A stretch of DNA of 64,000 bases from Thermodesulfobacteriota bacterium (GCA_049320885.1 JBMORA010000014.1:32001-96000), one strand, 5' to 3'; counted from the stretch's first letter, positions 1 through 10,634 are shown. Notes: generated from the letters alone by a model not told the origin. Numbers and translations are program-made.

Positions 1-620
1 CGCGGAGCCAAAAGCCGTTCCCAGACGGGCCCGACGCCGGTGTCGGGAAGTTGCTCCGGGGGGGGGGGCGTGCGGTCGCCGAGAAGCCGGAATAACGCCT
101 CTTCGTCAATCGCGTCCGTTCGGATCAGTCGTTCCAGTTCGGCTTTTCCGCCGGTAACCTTGGGCCAGGGGGTGTCCATCAGATGGTTGCTGATACCGTG
201 AATTCCGGGTGGAACCCGCAAAATGCCGGGTCCGCGGTTGGAGTAATACCAAAGGGCGTTTATATCTCCCACCAGCAGGTTGAATCCGTTGTATACTGCG
301 TCCATGGCCGCCACACGGGAAAGATGGGCCTCCGCATCCAACTCTGTTTCCAAAAAATCCCGCACCAATGCTCCCCGGGAGGGAGCCCGGGAATTGACCG
401 ACTCCGGCTCCCGGAAGTTGGTGAGTGCGGCCAGGCGTCCCCGGCGGGTTACTCCCAACCAGGTCCCCCGGGCCTTGAGATCCCTTCCGGCCAGCAGGGC
501 CGGTTTGTCCGGCCAAAAATGGAGCGGAAGGGTGGGACGATCATGAAATTCATCCCGATTGGCCGCCAAGATCAGGCGGAAGTCCGGATGATGATCATAG
601 GCAAAAAGGATCAGGCACAT
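1..620 (-). CDS. NRDE/TANGO2 family protein (3' end runs off the window; absent from the ORF track)
   Basis: Manual translation from ATG at 620 gives MCLILFAYDHHPDFRLILAANRDEFHDRPT...GTWLGVT...ALTNFRE...GISNHLMDTPWPK...LPDTGVG, all typical of the family. Confidence 0.9.
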   Translation of the reverse strand, partial: MCLILFAYDHHPDFRLILAANRDEFHDRPTLPLHFWPDKPALLAGRDLKARGTWLGVTRRGRLAALTNFREPESVNSRAPSRGALVRDFLETELDAEAHLSRVAAMDAVYNGFNLLVGDINALWYYSNRGPGILRVPPGIHGISNHLMDTPWPKVTGGKAELERLIRTDAIDEEALFRLLGDRTPPPPEQLPDTGVGPVWERLLAP

Positions 621-633
621 GGGGGTTCTTGGG

Positions 634-651
634 ATTGACCTTATGGTCGCT
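634..651. promoter_or_regulatory. Imperfect palindrome ATTGACCTTATGGTCGCT, candidate operator overlapping a TTGACC -35 upstream of the thiolase
   Basis: 14 of 18 positions identical to the palindrome at 26783-26800. Confidence 0.45.
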
Positions 652-806
652 TCTGTGATATCAGATATTCTTTTGGAACAAATGATTTCATGCGGTTACT
701 TGCCGGCGGCGTTCGACGCCCCCGGGCTGGTTCCCGGCATGAATCCGGCCGATTTCTAAGATATGTCCATACCGAAGTATTTTCGATAAATCAACAAGGA
801 GGAAAC

Positions 807-2093
807 ATGAAAGAAGTGGTGGTTGTGAGTGGTTCCCGAACCGCTATCGGTGCTTTCGGCGGCTCCCTGAAAGAAGTCCCCGTGGTTGATCTGGGTGCCC
901 TGGTGATGAAGGCTGTCCTGAAAAAGGCCGGGCTGCGGCCAACAGCCGGAGAAGAACTGAAGGCCGCGGCGCCTGAAAAGTTGAAGAACCAAGGCCTGAT
1001 CGACCTGGAAAAACGGTATGACGATTGGGATAAGGCCCTGCAACCGGTGGTCATTGATGAGGTGATCATGGGGAACGTATTACAGGCCGGCCAGGGACAA
1101 AATACGGCGCGTCAGGCAATGATCCGCGCCGGAATACCCAAGGAGACACCTGCCCAAACGACCAATAAAATCTGCGGGTCCGGTCTCAAGGCCATCGCTC
1201 TCGGCGCCACGGCGATCATGGCGGGTCAGGCAGATGTCGTTCTGGCCGGCGGCCAGGAAAATATGAGCCTCGCACCCATGTCCCTGCCGAAGGCCAGATG
1301 GGGATATCGCATGGAGCTGACTGGTTCCGGGGAAGTGAATGACCTCATGGTGATGGATGGGCTGTTTGAGATTTTTTACGGTTATCACATGGGGCAGACA
1401 GCTGAGAATATAGCGGATTTATACGGAATCAGCCGTGAGGAGCAGGATGCATTGGGAGTTTTGAGTCATAACCGGGCCATGGCCGCGATTAAAAGCGGCA
1501 TTTTCGCTGAGGAAATCGTTCCGGTGGTGATCCGTTCCCGCAAGGGGGACACGGTGTTCGACACGGACGAGCGTCCCATGGAAACCAGCTTGGAGAAAAT
1601 GGCCAAGCTGAAACCGGCCTTCCGCAAGGACGGCTCGGTGACCGCGGGGAATGCCTCGGGAATCAATGATGCCGCCGCCGCCGTGCTGCTGATGAGCGCT
1701 GAAAAAGCAAAAGCCATGGGACTGCAACCCATTGTCAAGATCAAAGGTTTCAGCTCCGGTGGTCTTGACCCGGCCTATATGGGTTTGGGGCCGGTGCCGG
1801 CGGTGCATAAAGTGTTGAAGTCCACCGGCATGCGCCTTGGGGATATCCAAATGATTGAATTGAACGAAGCCTTTGCCGCCCAAGCCATCGGCTGCTGTCG
1901 AGAGCTCGGCCTTGATCCGGAAAAGCCCAATGAACTGGGCAGCGGGATTTCCCTCGGACATCCCATCGGTTGCACCGGAGCAAGGCAAATGGTCAGCGGT
2001 ATGTATCAGATGCAGCGCCGGGGATACAATACCGGCCTGATTTCCATGTGCATAGGCGGCGGTATGGGTATGGCCATGATCATCGAGAGGTAG
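807..2093 (+). CDS. Acetyl-CoA C-acetyltransferase (thiolase)
   Basis: AGGAGG RBS before ATG 807; motifs RTAIG, NKICGSG, NEAF, GHPIG, CIGGG; roughly 35-aa insertion before IDEVIMGNV. Confidence 0.95.
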   Translation: MKEVVVVSGSRTAIGAFGGSLKEVPVVDLGALVMKAVLKKAGLRPTAGEELKAAAPEKLKNQGLIDLEKRYDDWDKALQPVVIDEVIMGNVLQAGQGQNTARQAMIRAGIPKETPAQTTNKICGSGLKAIALGATAIMAGQADVVLAGGQENMSLAPMSLPKARWGYRMELTGSGEVNDLMVMDGLFEIFYGYHMGQTAENIADLYGISREEQDALGVLSHNRAMAAIKSGIFAEEIVPVVIRSRKGDTVFDTDERPMETSLEKMAKLKPAFRKDGSVTAGNASGINDAAAAVLLMSAEKAKAMGLQPIVKIKGFSSGGLDPAYMGLGPVPAVHKVLKSTGMRLGDIQMIELNEAFAAQAIGCCRELGLDPEKPNELGSGISLGHPIGCTGARQMVSGMYQMQRRGYNTGLISMCIGGGMGMAMIIER

Positions 2094-2383
2094 GCGCTTC
2101 CCGGGGAACAATGCCGATCGATATCGGCAACCGATTGGTTTGACACGGTACCCGGTGGTGGCCCAACGAAGGAAAACCACCATCGGGACCGCACCCGGAA
2201 ACCATCAGCGTTCATGGGATCCGGAGCGTGCCGGCGGTTACTTTTTTTCTTTACTTCCTGATGGGTTGTTGCTAAAAACGGGAGGGTTTTTACGGCGGAC
2301 TCCGCCCAACGAAACCGGTATGATTCCATGGTGTGTAACCGGGCGCTTGACCGCCGAAAGAAGGAACGGGAGATGTATCGATC

Positions 2384-2539
2384 ATGAGCATAAGCAGAAA
2401 ACTCGGCATTCTGGTGTTTTTCATGGTGCCGGCCATTATCGGAGGGGGCATTGTCTATCACGCATTTCACGATTATACCCCGGTCGTGATATACGAGTTG
2501 ATCCTCTATCTTTTCGCCGGCAGCCTGATCAGCAAATAA
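2384..2539 (+). CDS. Small 51-aa two-TM membrane protein (not in the ORF track)
   Basis: MSISRKLGILVFFMVPAIIGGGIVYHAFHDYTPVVIYELILYLFAGSLISK; GGGAG upstream; two hydrophobic segments. Confidence 0.65.
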   Translation: MSISRKLGILVFFMVPAIIGGGIVYHAFHDYTPVVIYELILYLFAGSLISK

Positions 2540-2736
2540 AGACCGGCTGCCGAGAACCGGCAATCATCGTTTCGTAACGCCGAAATCCCTGCTGTCTGAT
2601 TGGCGTCCATTCCGGATGGCGGGGATTGTTGTTTGTTTGGTCTCCGTAACAGATTACAACATCCGCTGCAAACTGGCCCGCCCCCCGGCCGCTGCGATCA
2701 TAATGTAGGGTAACTTCTTTTAGGATCACAACAATT

Positions 2737-5247
2737 ATGACTGAGATGGAAAAACAGCCTGAAATCAGCATTGATCGTGAAATGAAACGCTCGTATCTGG
2801 ATTATGCCATGAGCGTTATCATCGGCCGCGCGCTTCCGGATGTGCGCGACGGACTGAAACCGGTCCACCGCAGGGTTTTGTTTGCCATGCGGGAAATGAA
2901 AAACGACTGGAACAAACCCTATAAAAAGTCCGCCCGCATTGTCGGTGATGTCATCGGTAAATACCATCCCCACGGGGATACGGCGGTTTACGACACGATC
3001 GTTCGGATGGCCCAGGATTTTTCCATGCGCTATCCCCTGGTGGACGGCCAGGGAAACTTCGGTTCGGTTGACGGCGATTCCCCTGCGGCCATGCGTTATA
3101 CGGAAGTGCGCATGACCCGCCTGGCCCATGAACTGCTCGCTGATCTGGACAAGGAGACGGTGGATTTCATCCCCAATTACGACGAGTCCCTGACCGAACC
3201 CACGGTGCTGCCGACCAAGATTCCGGCCCTTCTGGTGAACGGCTCCTCCGGTATCGCCGTCGGCATGGCCACCAATATTCCGCCCCATAATCTATCCGAA
3301 GTCGTCGCAGCCCTCAAGGCCCTGATCGAAAACCCGGATCTGACCTGGCAGGAACTGATGGCGTATATCCCCGGCCCCGACTTTCCTTCCGGCGGCATGA
3401 TCTACGGCACCAGGGGGATTTACGAAGCCTACGGAACCGGCCGGGGAATCATCCGCATGCGCGGGCGCATCCTGATCGAAACCGATCGCCAGACCAAAGC
3501 CGAAACCCTGGTGGTAACGGAGATCCCCTACCAGATCAACAAGGCCAGGCTCATCGAAAAAATCGCCAGCATGGTCAAAAACAAGGAAATCGAGGGTATC
3601 CGTTATGTGCGGGACGAATCGGATCGAGAGGGCATGCGGATCGCCATCGGACTGAAAAAAGATCAAATGGCCCAGGTGGTCATCAATCAACTTTACAAGC
3701 ATACGCCGCTCGAAAGCAGTTTCGGCATCATTTTTCTCGCGGTGGTCAATAAAAGCCCTGAAGTCCTCAGTTTGAAGGAGGCGCTGGAATATTTCATCCT
3801 GCACCGCAAGGAAATCATCGTCCGGCGAACCCGCTACGACCTTGCGAAAGCCGAGGAAAGGGCCCACATCCTGGAAGGATTGAAGATCGCCCTGGAAAAT
3901 CTGGACGATGTGGTGGCCTTGATCCGTGCGTCCAAGTCGCCGGCGGAAGCAAAGAGCGGGTTGATGGAGCGGTTTCAATTGACGGATATCCAGGCCCAGG
4001 CGATTCTGGATATGCGCCTTCAGCGCCTTACCGGGCTTGAGCAGGAAAAAATCCTGGAGGAATACCAGAACGTCCTGAAAGACATCCAGCGTTTCAAGGA
4101 GATTTTGTCAAGCGACCGCCTGGTCCTGGAGATCGTCAAGGAGGAGTTGACGGAAATTCAAAATGAATACAGTGATCCCCGGCGAACGGAAATCGTTCAG
4201 GATACCCGGGAAATTACGATGGAGGATATGATCGCGGAAGAAGACATGGTGGTGACCATCTCCAGCCGGGGGTATATCAAACGAAATCCGATTACGCTAT
4301 ATCAGCAGCAGCGTCGCGGCGGAAAGGGAAAGACCGCCATGGGTACCGCGGAGGAAGATTTCGTCGAACATCTGTTCGTGGCTTCCACCCATCATCATTT
4401 TCTGTTTTTTACGAACCTGGGGAAAGCCTATTGGTGCAAGGTGTATGATATTCCCCAGGCCGGCCGGGCGAGCCACGGGAAGGCCATCGTGAACCTGCTG
4501 AACTTCGAGGAGAAGGAATTCCTGACAACGGTTCTGGCGGTTCCGGCTTTTGAACCGGGATATCATATCATCATGGCCACGCGCAACGGCACCATCAAAA
4601 AAACCGACCTGATGGCGTTCAGCCGGCCCCGATCGGGAGGCCTCATCGCCCTTGAATTGGTGGATGGCGACGAGTTGATCAAGGCGCGGATCACCGACGG
4701 CAGCATGAACGTGTTTTTGGGTTCGGCCAGGGGGAAGTCCATCCGCTTTCATGAGTCGGATGTGCGTCCCACCGGAAGAATGGCCCGGGGTGTACGCGGA
4801 ATGAGTCTGTCACAGGATGATTGGCTGGTGGGAATGGAGGTGCTGAGCCATGGAAAGACCTTGTTTACCGCCACCGAGAATGGGTTCGGCAAACGCACTT
4901 CCATTGATGAGTACCCACTGCAGCAACGCGGAGGTAAAGGCGTCATCACCATCAAGACCAGCGTTCGGAACGGAAATGTTGTTGCCCTTCTCCTGGTGGA
5001 GGATGAGGATGATGTGATGATCATGACCGGAAACGGCAAGTTGATCCGCATTGCCATACGGGATGTCTCGGTGATCAGCCGCAATACCCAGGGCGTCAAG
5101 TTGATAGAACTGGATTCCGGAGAGCGGGTGATGGGGGCGGCCAGGCTTGTTGAAAGAGAAGAGGAAAGCGCATCGGCGGAGACAGGTCCCACCATAGCAC
5201 CGGAAGCACAGGCTGGAGGGGAAACGGCGCCGGAAGTCGAAGAATAA
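2737..5247 (+). CDS. gyrA: DNA gyrase subunit A
   Basis: [25 protein letters not shown] (catalytic Tyr), and the GyrA-box QRRGGKG that distinguishes it from ParC. Confidence 0.98.
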   Translation: MTEMEKQPEISIDREMKRSYLDYAMSVIIGRALPDVRDGLKPVHRRVLFAMREMKNDWNKPYKKSARIVGDVIGKYHPHGDTAVYDTIVRMAQDFSMRYPLVDGQGNFGSVDGDSPAAMRYTEVRMTRLAHELLADLDKETVDFIPNYDESLTEPTVLPTKIPALLVNGSSGIAVGMATNIPPHNLSEVVAALKALIENPDLTWQELMAYIPGPDFPSGGMIYGTRGIYEAYGTGRGIIRMRGRILIETDRQTKAETLVVTEIPYQINKARLIEKIASMVKNKEIEGIRYVRDESDREGMRIAIGLKKDQMAQVVINQLYKHTPLESSFGIIFLAVVNKSPEVLSLKEALEYFILHRKEIIVRRTRYDLAKAEERAHILEGLKIALENLDDVVALIRASKSPAEAKSGLMERFQLTDIQAQAILDMRLQRLTGLEQEKILEEYQNVLKDIQRFKEILSSDRLVLEIVKEELTEIQNEYSDPRRTEIVQDTREITMEDMIAEEDMVVTISSRGYIKRNPITLYQQQRRGGKGKTAMGTAEEDFVEHLFVASTHHHFLFFTNLGKAYWCKVYDIPQAGRASHGKAIVNLLNFEEKEFLTTVLAVPAFEPGYHIIMATRNGTIKKTDLMAFSRPRSGGLIALELVDGDELIKARITDGSMNVFLGSARGKSIRFHESDVRPTGRMARGVRGMSLSQDDWLVGMEVLSHGKTLFTATENGFGKRTSIDEYPLQQRGGKGVITIKTSVRNGNVVALLLVEDEDDVMIMTGNGKLIRIAIRDVSVISRNTQGVKLIELDSGERVMGAARLVEREEESASAETGPTIAPEAQAGGETAPEVEE

Positions 5248-5282
5248 GACGGCGCGGCAGGCGCCATGGAGCGAACCAAGCC

Positions 5283-6299
5283 ATGAAAATCGGAGTAATC
5301 GGAGCGGGAAGCTGGGGTACGGCCCTGGCCGATCTTTTGGCACGGAAAGGATTGAACACCACGTTGTGGGTTTATGAACCGGAGGTTCATGCACAGATCG
5401 AGGCGGAACGGGAAAACGGCGTGTTTCTGCCCGGTGTGAAGCTTTCGGAAAACCTGCGTTCGTCCAGTGATCTTACCTGTGTGGCTTCCGGAAAAGACCT
5501 CCTGGTCATGGTGGTTCCTTCCCATCTGGTGCGGGACATATCCGGCAGCATGGCCGGTGAGGTATCTCCGGAGACCCTGATCGTTTCGGCTTCCAAAGGG
5601 ATAGAGAACAAGACCCATTTAACCATGTCCGCTGTGCTGCGGGAAACGCTGGCGCATGTGCCCGCCAGGCAGATCACGGTGTTATCGGGTCCAAGCTTCG
5701 CCAAGGAAGTGGCCCGCAAAGTGCCGACCCTCGTGACCGTGGCAGGAGAAGATCTGGAAACGGCCGGACGCATCCAGCATATTTTTGCAACAGCCTATTT
5801 CAGGGTATACACCAACAACGATATGATCGGTGTCGAACTGGGGGGGGCTGTGAAAAATGTCATCGCCATTGCTTCCGGGATTGTCGACGGTTTGGGGTTG
5901 GGACTCAATACCAGGGCGGCTCTGATCACCAGGGGGCTTAGCGAAATCAGCCGATTGGGAATGAAAATGGGCGCCAATCCCCACACTTTCGCCGGCCTCG
6001 CGGGGGTGGGAGATCTGATGCTGACGTGCACCGGCGATCTGAGCCGCAATCACACGGTGGGGAAACAGATCGGCGCAGGCAAGACCCTGTCGGCGATTCT
6101 GGACGAGATGCGCATGGTGGCGGAGGGTGTCCGTACCGCGAAATCGGTTTACAACCTTTCCCGCAAGCTAGGTGTCGAAATGCCGATTTCGCACCAGGTG
6201 TATCATGTCTTGTATGAAAACCTGTCGCCGGCCGAGGCGGTCCATCGTTTGATGACCCGGGATCTGCGGCACGAACTGGATGATTACGGAATTGTTTGA
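5283..6299 (+). CDS. gpsA: NAD(P)H-dependent glycerol-3-phosphate dehydrogenase
   Basis: GAGSWGTA, SKGIE, LSGPSFA, GGAVKNVIAI, GDLMLTC, SRN. Confidence 0.97.
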   Translation: MKIGVIGAGSWGTALADLLARKGLNTTLWVYEPEVHAQIEAERENGVFLPGVKLSENLRSSSDLTCVASGKDLLVMVVPSHLVRDISGSMAGEVSPETLIVSASKGIENKTHLTMSAVLRETLAHVPARQITVLSGPSFAKEVARKVPTLVTVAGEDLETAGRIQHIFATAYFRVYTNNDMIGVELGGAVKNVIAIASGIVDGLGLGLNTRAALITRGLSEISRLGMKMGANPHTFAGLAGVGDLMLTCTGDLSRNHTVGKQIGAGKTLSAILDEMRMVAEGVRTAKSVYNLSRKLGVEMPISHQVYHVLYENLSPAEAVHRLMTRDLRHELDDYGIV

Positions 6300-6329
6300 G
6301 ACCAAAGCCGATGGGTGAGGCCAAACTCG

Positions 6330-7034
6330 ATGGAAAATTCAGGCGCTCACAAGGGGGAAGGACACCGCCGGCGGTTGCGGGAAAAGTTTTTATCTTCCGG
6401 ACTGTCGGGATTTCACGATTATGAAGTCATCGAGTTGTTGTTGAGCCTTGCCACGCCGCGAAAAGACTGCAAGGGTCCGGCCAAGGAGGTGCTTGGTAAA
6501 TTCGGAACGCTTCCGGCCGTTCTGGAGTCTTCCTCCCGGGAATTATGTGAAATACCGGGGATCGGCCCCAAAAATGTATTCGGACTGAAGTTGATCAAGG
6601 CCGTTGCGGATCGATATCTGGAGCGAAAGGTCTCCGGCCGGGATGTGATCCATCATTCCAGGGAGCTGTATGAATACCTGCTGATTCATTACGGCTCCAG
6701 AAGGCGGGAATGTTTTGTGGTTGTTTTTCTGGACGCCAAAAACCGCGTGATGGGCATGGAAACCCTGTTTGAGGGCACGTTAACCGCTAGTTCGGTGTAT
6801 CCGCGGGAAGTTGTCCGGGCAGCCCTGGAGCGCAACGCCGCCGCTCTTATTTTCGCCCACAATCATCCTTCGGGAGATCCGGCGCCTTCCGCGGAGGATA
6901 TGGCGGTGACCCGCCGGCTGGTATCTGCCTGCCGGGTGGTGGGTCTGACGGTTCATGAGCATATCATCGTGGGCGACAACTGCTATTTCAGTTTCGCGGA
7001 TCATGGCCATATGGAGCGTCTCAATCGTGAATAG
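6330..7034 (+). CDS. radC: RadC family protein (HhH + JAB domain)
   Basis: GHRRRLREKF, IPGIG HhH, VYPREVV, AHNHPSGDPAPSAED. Confidence 0.93.
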   Translation: MENSGAHKGEGHRRRLREKFLSSGLSGFHDYEVIELLLSLATPRKDCKGPAKEVLGKFGTLPAVLESSSRELCEIPGIGPKNVFGLKLIKAVADRYLERKVSGRDVIHHSRELYEYLLIHYGSRRRECFVVVFLDAKNRVMGMETLFEGTLTASSVYPREVVRAALERNAAALIFAHNHPSGDPAPSAEDMAVTRRLVSACRVVGLTVHEHIIVGDNCYFSFADHGHMERLNRE

Positions 7035-7151
7035 GAAGCCCGGCAGCGGTCCGTCCATGGCGACCCGGGGGAATCAGAATTTGCATCGATGCCGGGGCGG
7101 AAGTGAACCGAACGGTTCGGGGGAAACAAGCCTGGTGAAAGCGGGTGATGG

Positions 7152-7481
7152 ATGATCGATCGGAATGCTGACCGCCCCGCCTGTTTCGGCAAACTGGAGG
7201 AGGTTTTTCCCCTGGGAAAAGACGGCCTGCGGCATTCCCCGGAATTTTGCATGCTGTGCCATTGCAAAACGGAATGCCTGCGCAGCGCCTTGGCGGGTCC
7301 CGAGGGTTTGAGGACCAGAGACGAGATGACGGATAAAGCCTATGCGGCCGGCGCCATCGGTTTTTGGGAAAGATGGTCACGGCGGAAGGCCTCGCATCGA
7401 AAAAAAATGCAACAGAATCGGGACGGCGGTCATGAACGCCGAAGCGGTGACGATCCCGCAACCCAAGGAGGACGGAAATGA
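7152..7481 (+). CDS. Small Cys-rich hypothetical protein
   Basis: CFG...CMLCHCKTEC; stop overlaps the pgk start (ATGA). Confidence 0.65.
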   Translation: MIDRNADRPACFGKLEEVFPLGKDGLRHSPEFCMLCHCKTECLRSALAGPEGLRTRDEMTDKAYAAGAIGFWERWSRRKASHRKKMQQNRDGGHERRSGDDPATQGGRK

Positions 7482-8674
7482 CGAAATTGTTTGTGGAAGA
7501 TATGGCGCTCGCGGGAAAAAGAGTTCTCATGCGGGTGGATTTCAATGTCCCTCTACAGAACGGCAAGGTGACCGATGACAATCGCATCCGCGCGGCCCTG
7601 CCCACCATCCGTTATATTCTGGATCAACGCGGCCGGCTGGTGCTCATGTCGCATCTTGGTCGGCCCAAAGGAAAGCGTGTTGCGGAAATGTCCTTGAAAC
7701 CGTGCGCCGCGGTACTCGCGGGACTGCTTGGAAAACATGTCGCCTTCGTGGAAGATTGCGTCGGATCGGAGGTGGAGACCGCCGTGGGGAGCCTCGGCGA
7801 GGGCGAGGTCCTGCTCCTGGAGAACCTTCGTTTTTACAATGCCGAAACCGACAACGAGGATGACTTTGCCGCCCGTCTGGCGCGCCTGGGGGATGTTTAT
7901 GTCAATGATGCCTTCGGCACCGCCCATCGCGCGCACGCATCCACGGAGGGGGTAACCCGTCACATCCGCCAATGCGCTGCAGGGTACCTGCTGAAAAAAG
8001 AGATCGATTATCTGGGGAAAGTACTGCGCAATCCGGAGAGTCCTTTCGTCGCGGTGCTGGGCGGCGCCAAGATATCCGGAAAGATCGACGTGATCGACAG
8101 CCTGCTGCCCAAAGTGGACCGGTTGATCATCGGCGGGGGGATGTCCTTCACTTTTTTCAAGGCCATGGGAATGGAGATCGGGCGCTCCTTGCTGGAAGAG
8201 GACAAAATCGATCTCGCGAAGTCGCTGCTGGAAAAAGGAAAATCCAAGATCATTCTGCCGTTGGACTGCATGGTGTCGGAACAGGTGGATTTCAAACAGC
8301 GGACCGTGGGTCCTTTGAAGGCCGTTCCCTTCAACCGCATGCCGGCGGAAGGATACGGCCTTGATATCGGTCCGGAGACCATCCGGCGTTTTGCGGAGAT
8401 CGTCAATGAGGCCAAAACGGTATTGTGGAACGGCCCCATGGGGGTTTTCGAGATCGAGGAAACAGCCCGCGGCACCTATGCCATCGCCAACGCCCTTGCC
8501 GACAGCACCAAAAAGGGAGCCATCACGGTGATCGGCGGCGGCGATTCGGCAGCGGCGGTGGAAAAAGCGGGCATGGCGGCGGCGGTTTCACACGTTTCCA
8601 CCGGCGGCGGCGCTTCGCTGGAGTTTCTGGAAGGCAAGGTTCTCCCCGGAGTCGCGGCTCTGACGGATAAATAA
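7478..8674 (+). CDS. pgk: Phosphoglycerate kinase
   Basis: RVDFNVP, SHLGRP, LENLRF, DAFGTAHRAHAS, WNGPMGVFE, STGGGASLE. Confidence 0.98.
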   Translation: MTKLFVEDMALAGKRVLMRVDFNVPLQNGKVTDDNRIRAALPTIRYILDQRGRLVLMSHLGRPKGKRVAEMSLKPCAAVLAGLLGKHVAFVEDCVGSEVETAVGSLGEGEVLLLENLRFYNAETDNEDDFAARLARLGDVYVNDAFGTAHRAHASTEGVTRHIRQCAAGYLLKKEIDYLGKVLRNPESPFVAVLGGAKISGKIDVIDSLLPKVDRLIIGGGMSFTFFKAMGMEIGRSLLEEDKIDLAKSLLEKGKSKIILPLDCMVSEQVDFKQRTVGPLKAVPFNRMPAEGYGLDIGPETIRRFAEIVNEAKTVLWNGPMGVFEIEETARGTYAIANALADSTKKGAITVIGGGDSAAAVEKAGMAAAVSHVSTGGGASLEFLEGKVLPGVAALTDK

Positions 8675-8724
8675 GCGGAGATGGGCCGAAGGGAAAAACG
8701 GATCAAGGAAGGGGTGCCCCACGG

Positions 8725-9492
8725 ATGACCGGGTGGCGGTCGCGCAAATCCGGATGCTCGGGAAGGATTCCCGTCTTCACCATGATTCTGATGCTGTCCA
8801 CCCTGGCTGTAACCGCCGGCTTGGCATATCGCTATGGTGACGCGGCAGGCACCGCCCTTTCACGAGGATACACGGCATTGACGGATCAAAACAAGATCCG
8901 GGAAGTGGTTCTTTCCTTCGGCCCCAACGCCCCGCTGATGTTTATCGCTCTCCAGATTCTGCAAGTGTTGATTGCGCCTCTGCCGGGGGAGGCGACCGGC
9001 TTCATCGGCGGATATCTGTTCGGTTACCTGCCGGGTTTTCTGTATTCCACCATCGGGTTGACGGTGGGTTCCTTCGCCAATTTTTTTCTCGGCAGGTTTC
9101 TCGGCAACCGTCTGGTCCGCCGGCTGATACCGGAAGGTCCGCTGGGTAAATTCGAGGTTCTTCTCAAAAAACAGGGATTTCTTATTGTTTTTATTCTTTT
9201 TTTATTTCCAGGCTTCCCCAAGGACTATCTCTGCTTGTTTCTCGGCATGACCCGTCTTCCCCTGAAAGCCTTTGCCGTGATTTCCACTGTCGGGCGAGTG
9301 CCGGGAACGCTGCTGCTGAGTCTTCAAGGAGCGTTCCTTCAGGAACGCATGGTCGGTCGTTTTGTCCTTTTTTTTGGTATCTGTTTTTTACTGATTCTGA
9401 TTTCCTACCGGTACCGGCAAGCCCTGTATCGTTGGATGGAAAAAATGAATCACACCGGCGGCGATAACGCCGTTGACGATTCCATAAAATAA
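8725..9492 (+). CDS. TVP38/TMEM64 (DedA/VTT) family membrane protein
   Basis: QILQVLIAPLPGE, FLFPGFPKDYLC, GRVPGT; several TM segments. Confidence 0.88.
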   Translation: MTGWRSRKSGCSGRIPVFTMILMLSTLAVTAGLAYRYGDAAGTALSRGYTALTDQNKIREVVLSFGPNAPLMFIALQILQVLIAPLPGEATGFIGGYLFGYLPGFLYSTIGLTVGSFANFFLGRFLGNRLVRRLIPEGPLGKFEVLLKKQGFLIVFILFLFPGFPKDYLCLFLGMTRLPLKAFAVISTVGRVPGTLLLSLQGAFLQERMVGRFVLFFGICFLLILISYRYRQALYRWMEKMNHTGGDNAVDDSIK

Positions 9493-9557
9493 TGGTATCA
9501 ACCGAAATATTGAGGAATCCAGGTGGTTAGCCGACGACGGAGACGGGGGGAAACGTA

Positions 9558-10634
9558 TTGAGCTACTGGAATTACAGGGAAGAGCTGAGCGCCCAGAATC
9601 GGCTGCGCCGTTCCTATTATGAATTGCTGAGAGACGAACTGGATCAGTTCATACTCCAATACGCCCTGATCGATTCCTACCAACGATTCATGAACAACGG
9701 TTTGCCGTATCCGTTTGTGGAACGCCGGGAATTGAAACCGCGTGCCCGCATCCCCAATGTGGAATACAAGCAACAGAACGCAATGCTGGTCATTTTCATG
9801 GAAGACGCCATACCGGAAATTCATAAAAAATACATCCGCTTTTTCGACGACAACAAAACCACCAAAACCAACCTGCTGCGCTCTAAAAGCCTGTTTCTGG
9901 ACAAACAGTTCGATCGCAACCAGAAATACCTGGACTCCGTGCATTTCGTCAATTTCCTGAAAGCGCTGCTGCCGGTGGACTACGCCCTGCTGATTCAGCG
10001 GGACCCCACCAGTCACGCAAGAAACCGCTATGCCCTGTCCCACTACCATGTCCGGGTCGACTGGCCCATCGCGGATGCAGCGGAGGATCTGGCAAGGAGC
10101 CTGCGGTATATCTCCAAGGATATTTACGAAAAAGGAGACAAATACGCCGAGGATATCCAGAAAAAGCTGTTCGAATATTATGGAATGCCGGTGATGGTCG
10201 GCGGACGGCGAACGGCGGCCATTGTCGCTTCCCAGTACCTGAGAAGACTGCCGTGCCTGACGACCGTCTATGCCAACAGCAGCGAAGCCCGCGCGCTGAT
10301 ACGCATTTCCGAGCGAGGAGTTTCCAAGGTGATCCTGATCAAATTCAATCCCGACGAAATCTCCCAGATAGCCAATACGCACCAGATTTCCCTGCGTTCC
10401 TTCAACATGAACTATGTCGTTGCAAGTGAGCCCCGGGAAGATAAGCAGAAGGATTCCGTCTGTCTATTCCAGGCGACCTATGCATATACCGACCATGCAC
10501 GGCCGCCGGATGATGGAAAGTTGAGGGAGATCAAGCCGGATCCCTATTGGCTGACCGTGGGCGGGCAGCATATTCTACCCAAGCCTGGGGTTTGGAAACA
10601 CGCCCCGCTGTCCCTCAATCTGATCTATTCTTGA
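9558..10634 (+). CDS. Hypothetical protein, 358 aa (TTG start)
   Basis: Long ORF with natural globular composition and host-like codon usage; no recognised motif. Confidence 0.8.
   Translation: MSYWNYREELSAQNRLRRSYYELLRDELDQFILQYALIDSYQRFMNNGLPYPFVERRELKPRARIPNVEYKQQNAMLVIFMEDAIPEIHKKYIRFFDDNKTTKTNLLRSKSLFLDKQFDRNQKYLDSVHFVNFLKALLPVDYALLIQRDPTSHARNRYALSHYHVRVDWPIADAAEDLARSLRYISKDIYEKGDKYAEDIQKKLFEYYGMPVMVGGRRTAAIVASQYLRRLPCLTTVYANSSEARALIRISERGVSKVILIKFNPDEISQIANTHQISLRSFNMNYVVASEPREDKQKDSVCLFQATYAYTDHARPPDDGKLREIKPDPYWLTVGGQHILPKPGVWKHAPLSLNLIYS

Noticed and set aside
106..638. ORF-track entries at 106-638
   Set aside because: The real gene is the minus-strand NRDE frame starting at 620, which the track missed because it has no stop inside the window
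2965..2997. GyrA quinolone-resistance region reads HGDTAVYD (Thr at the Ser83-equivalent position)
   Set aside because: Thr is a natural wild-type residue in many taxa; not evidence of acquired resistance
6330..7034. radC/JAB as a sign of a mobile or anti-defence element
   Set aside because: Full-length chromosomal-type RadC among housekeeping genes; no integrase or transposase nearby
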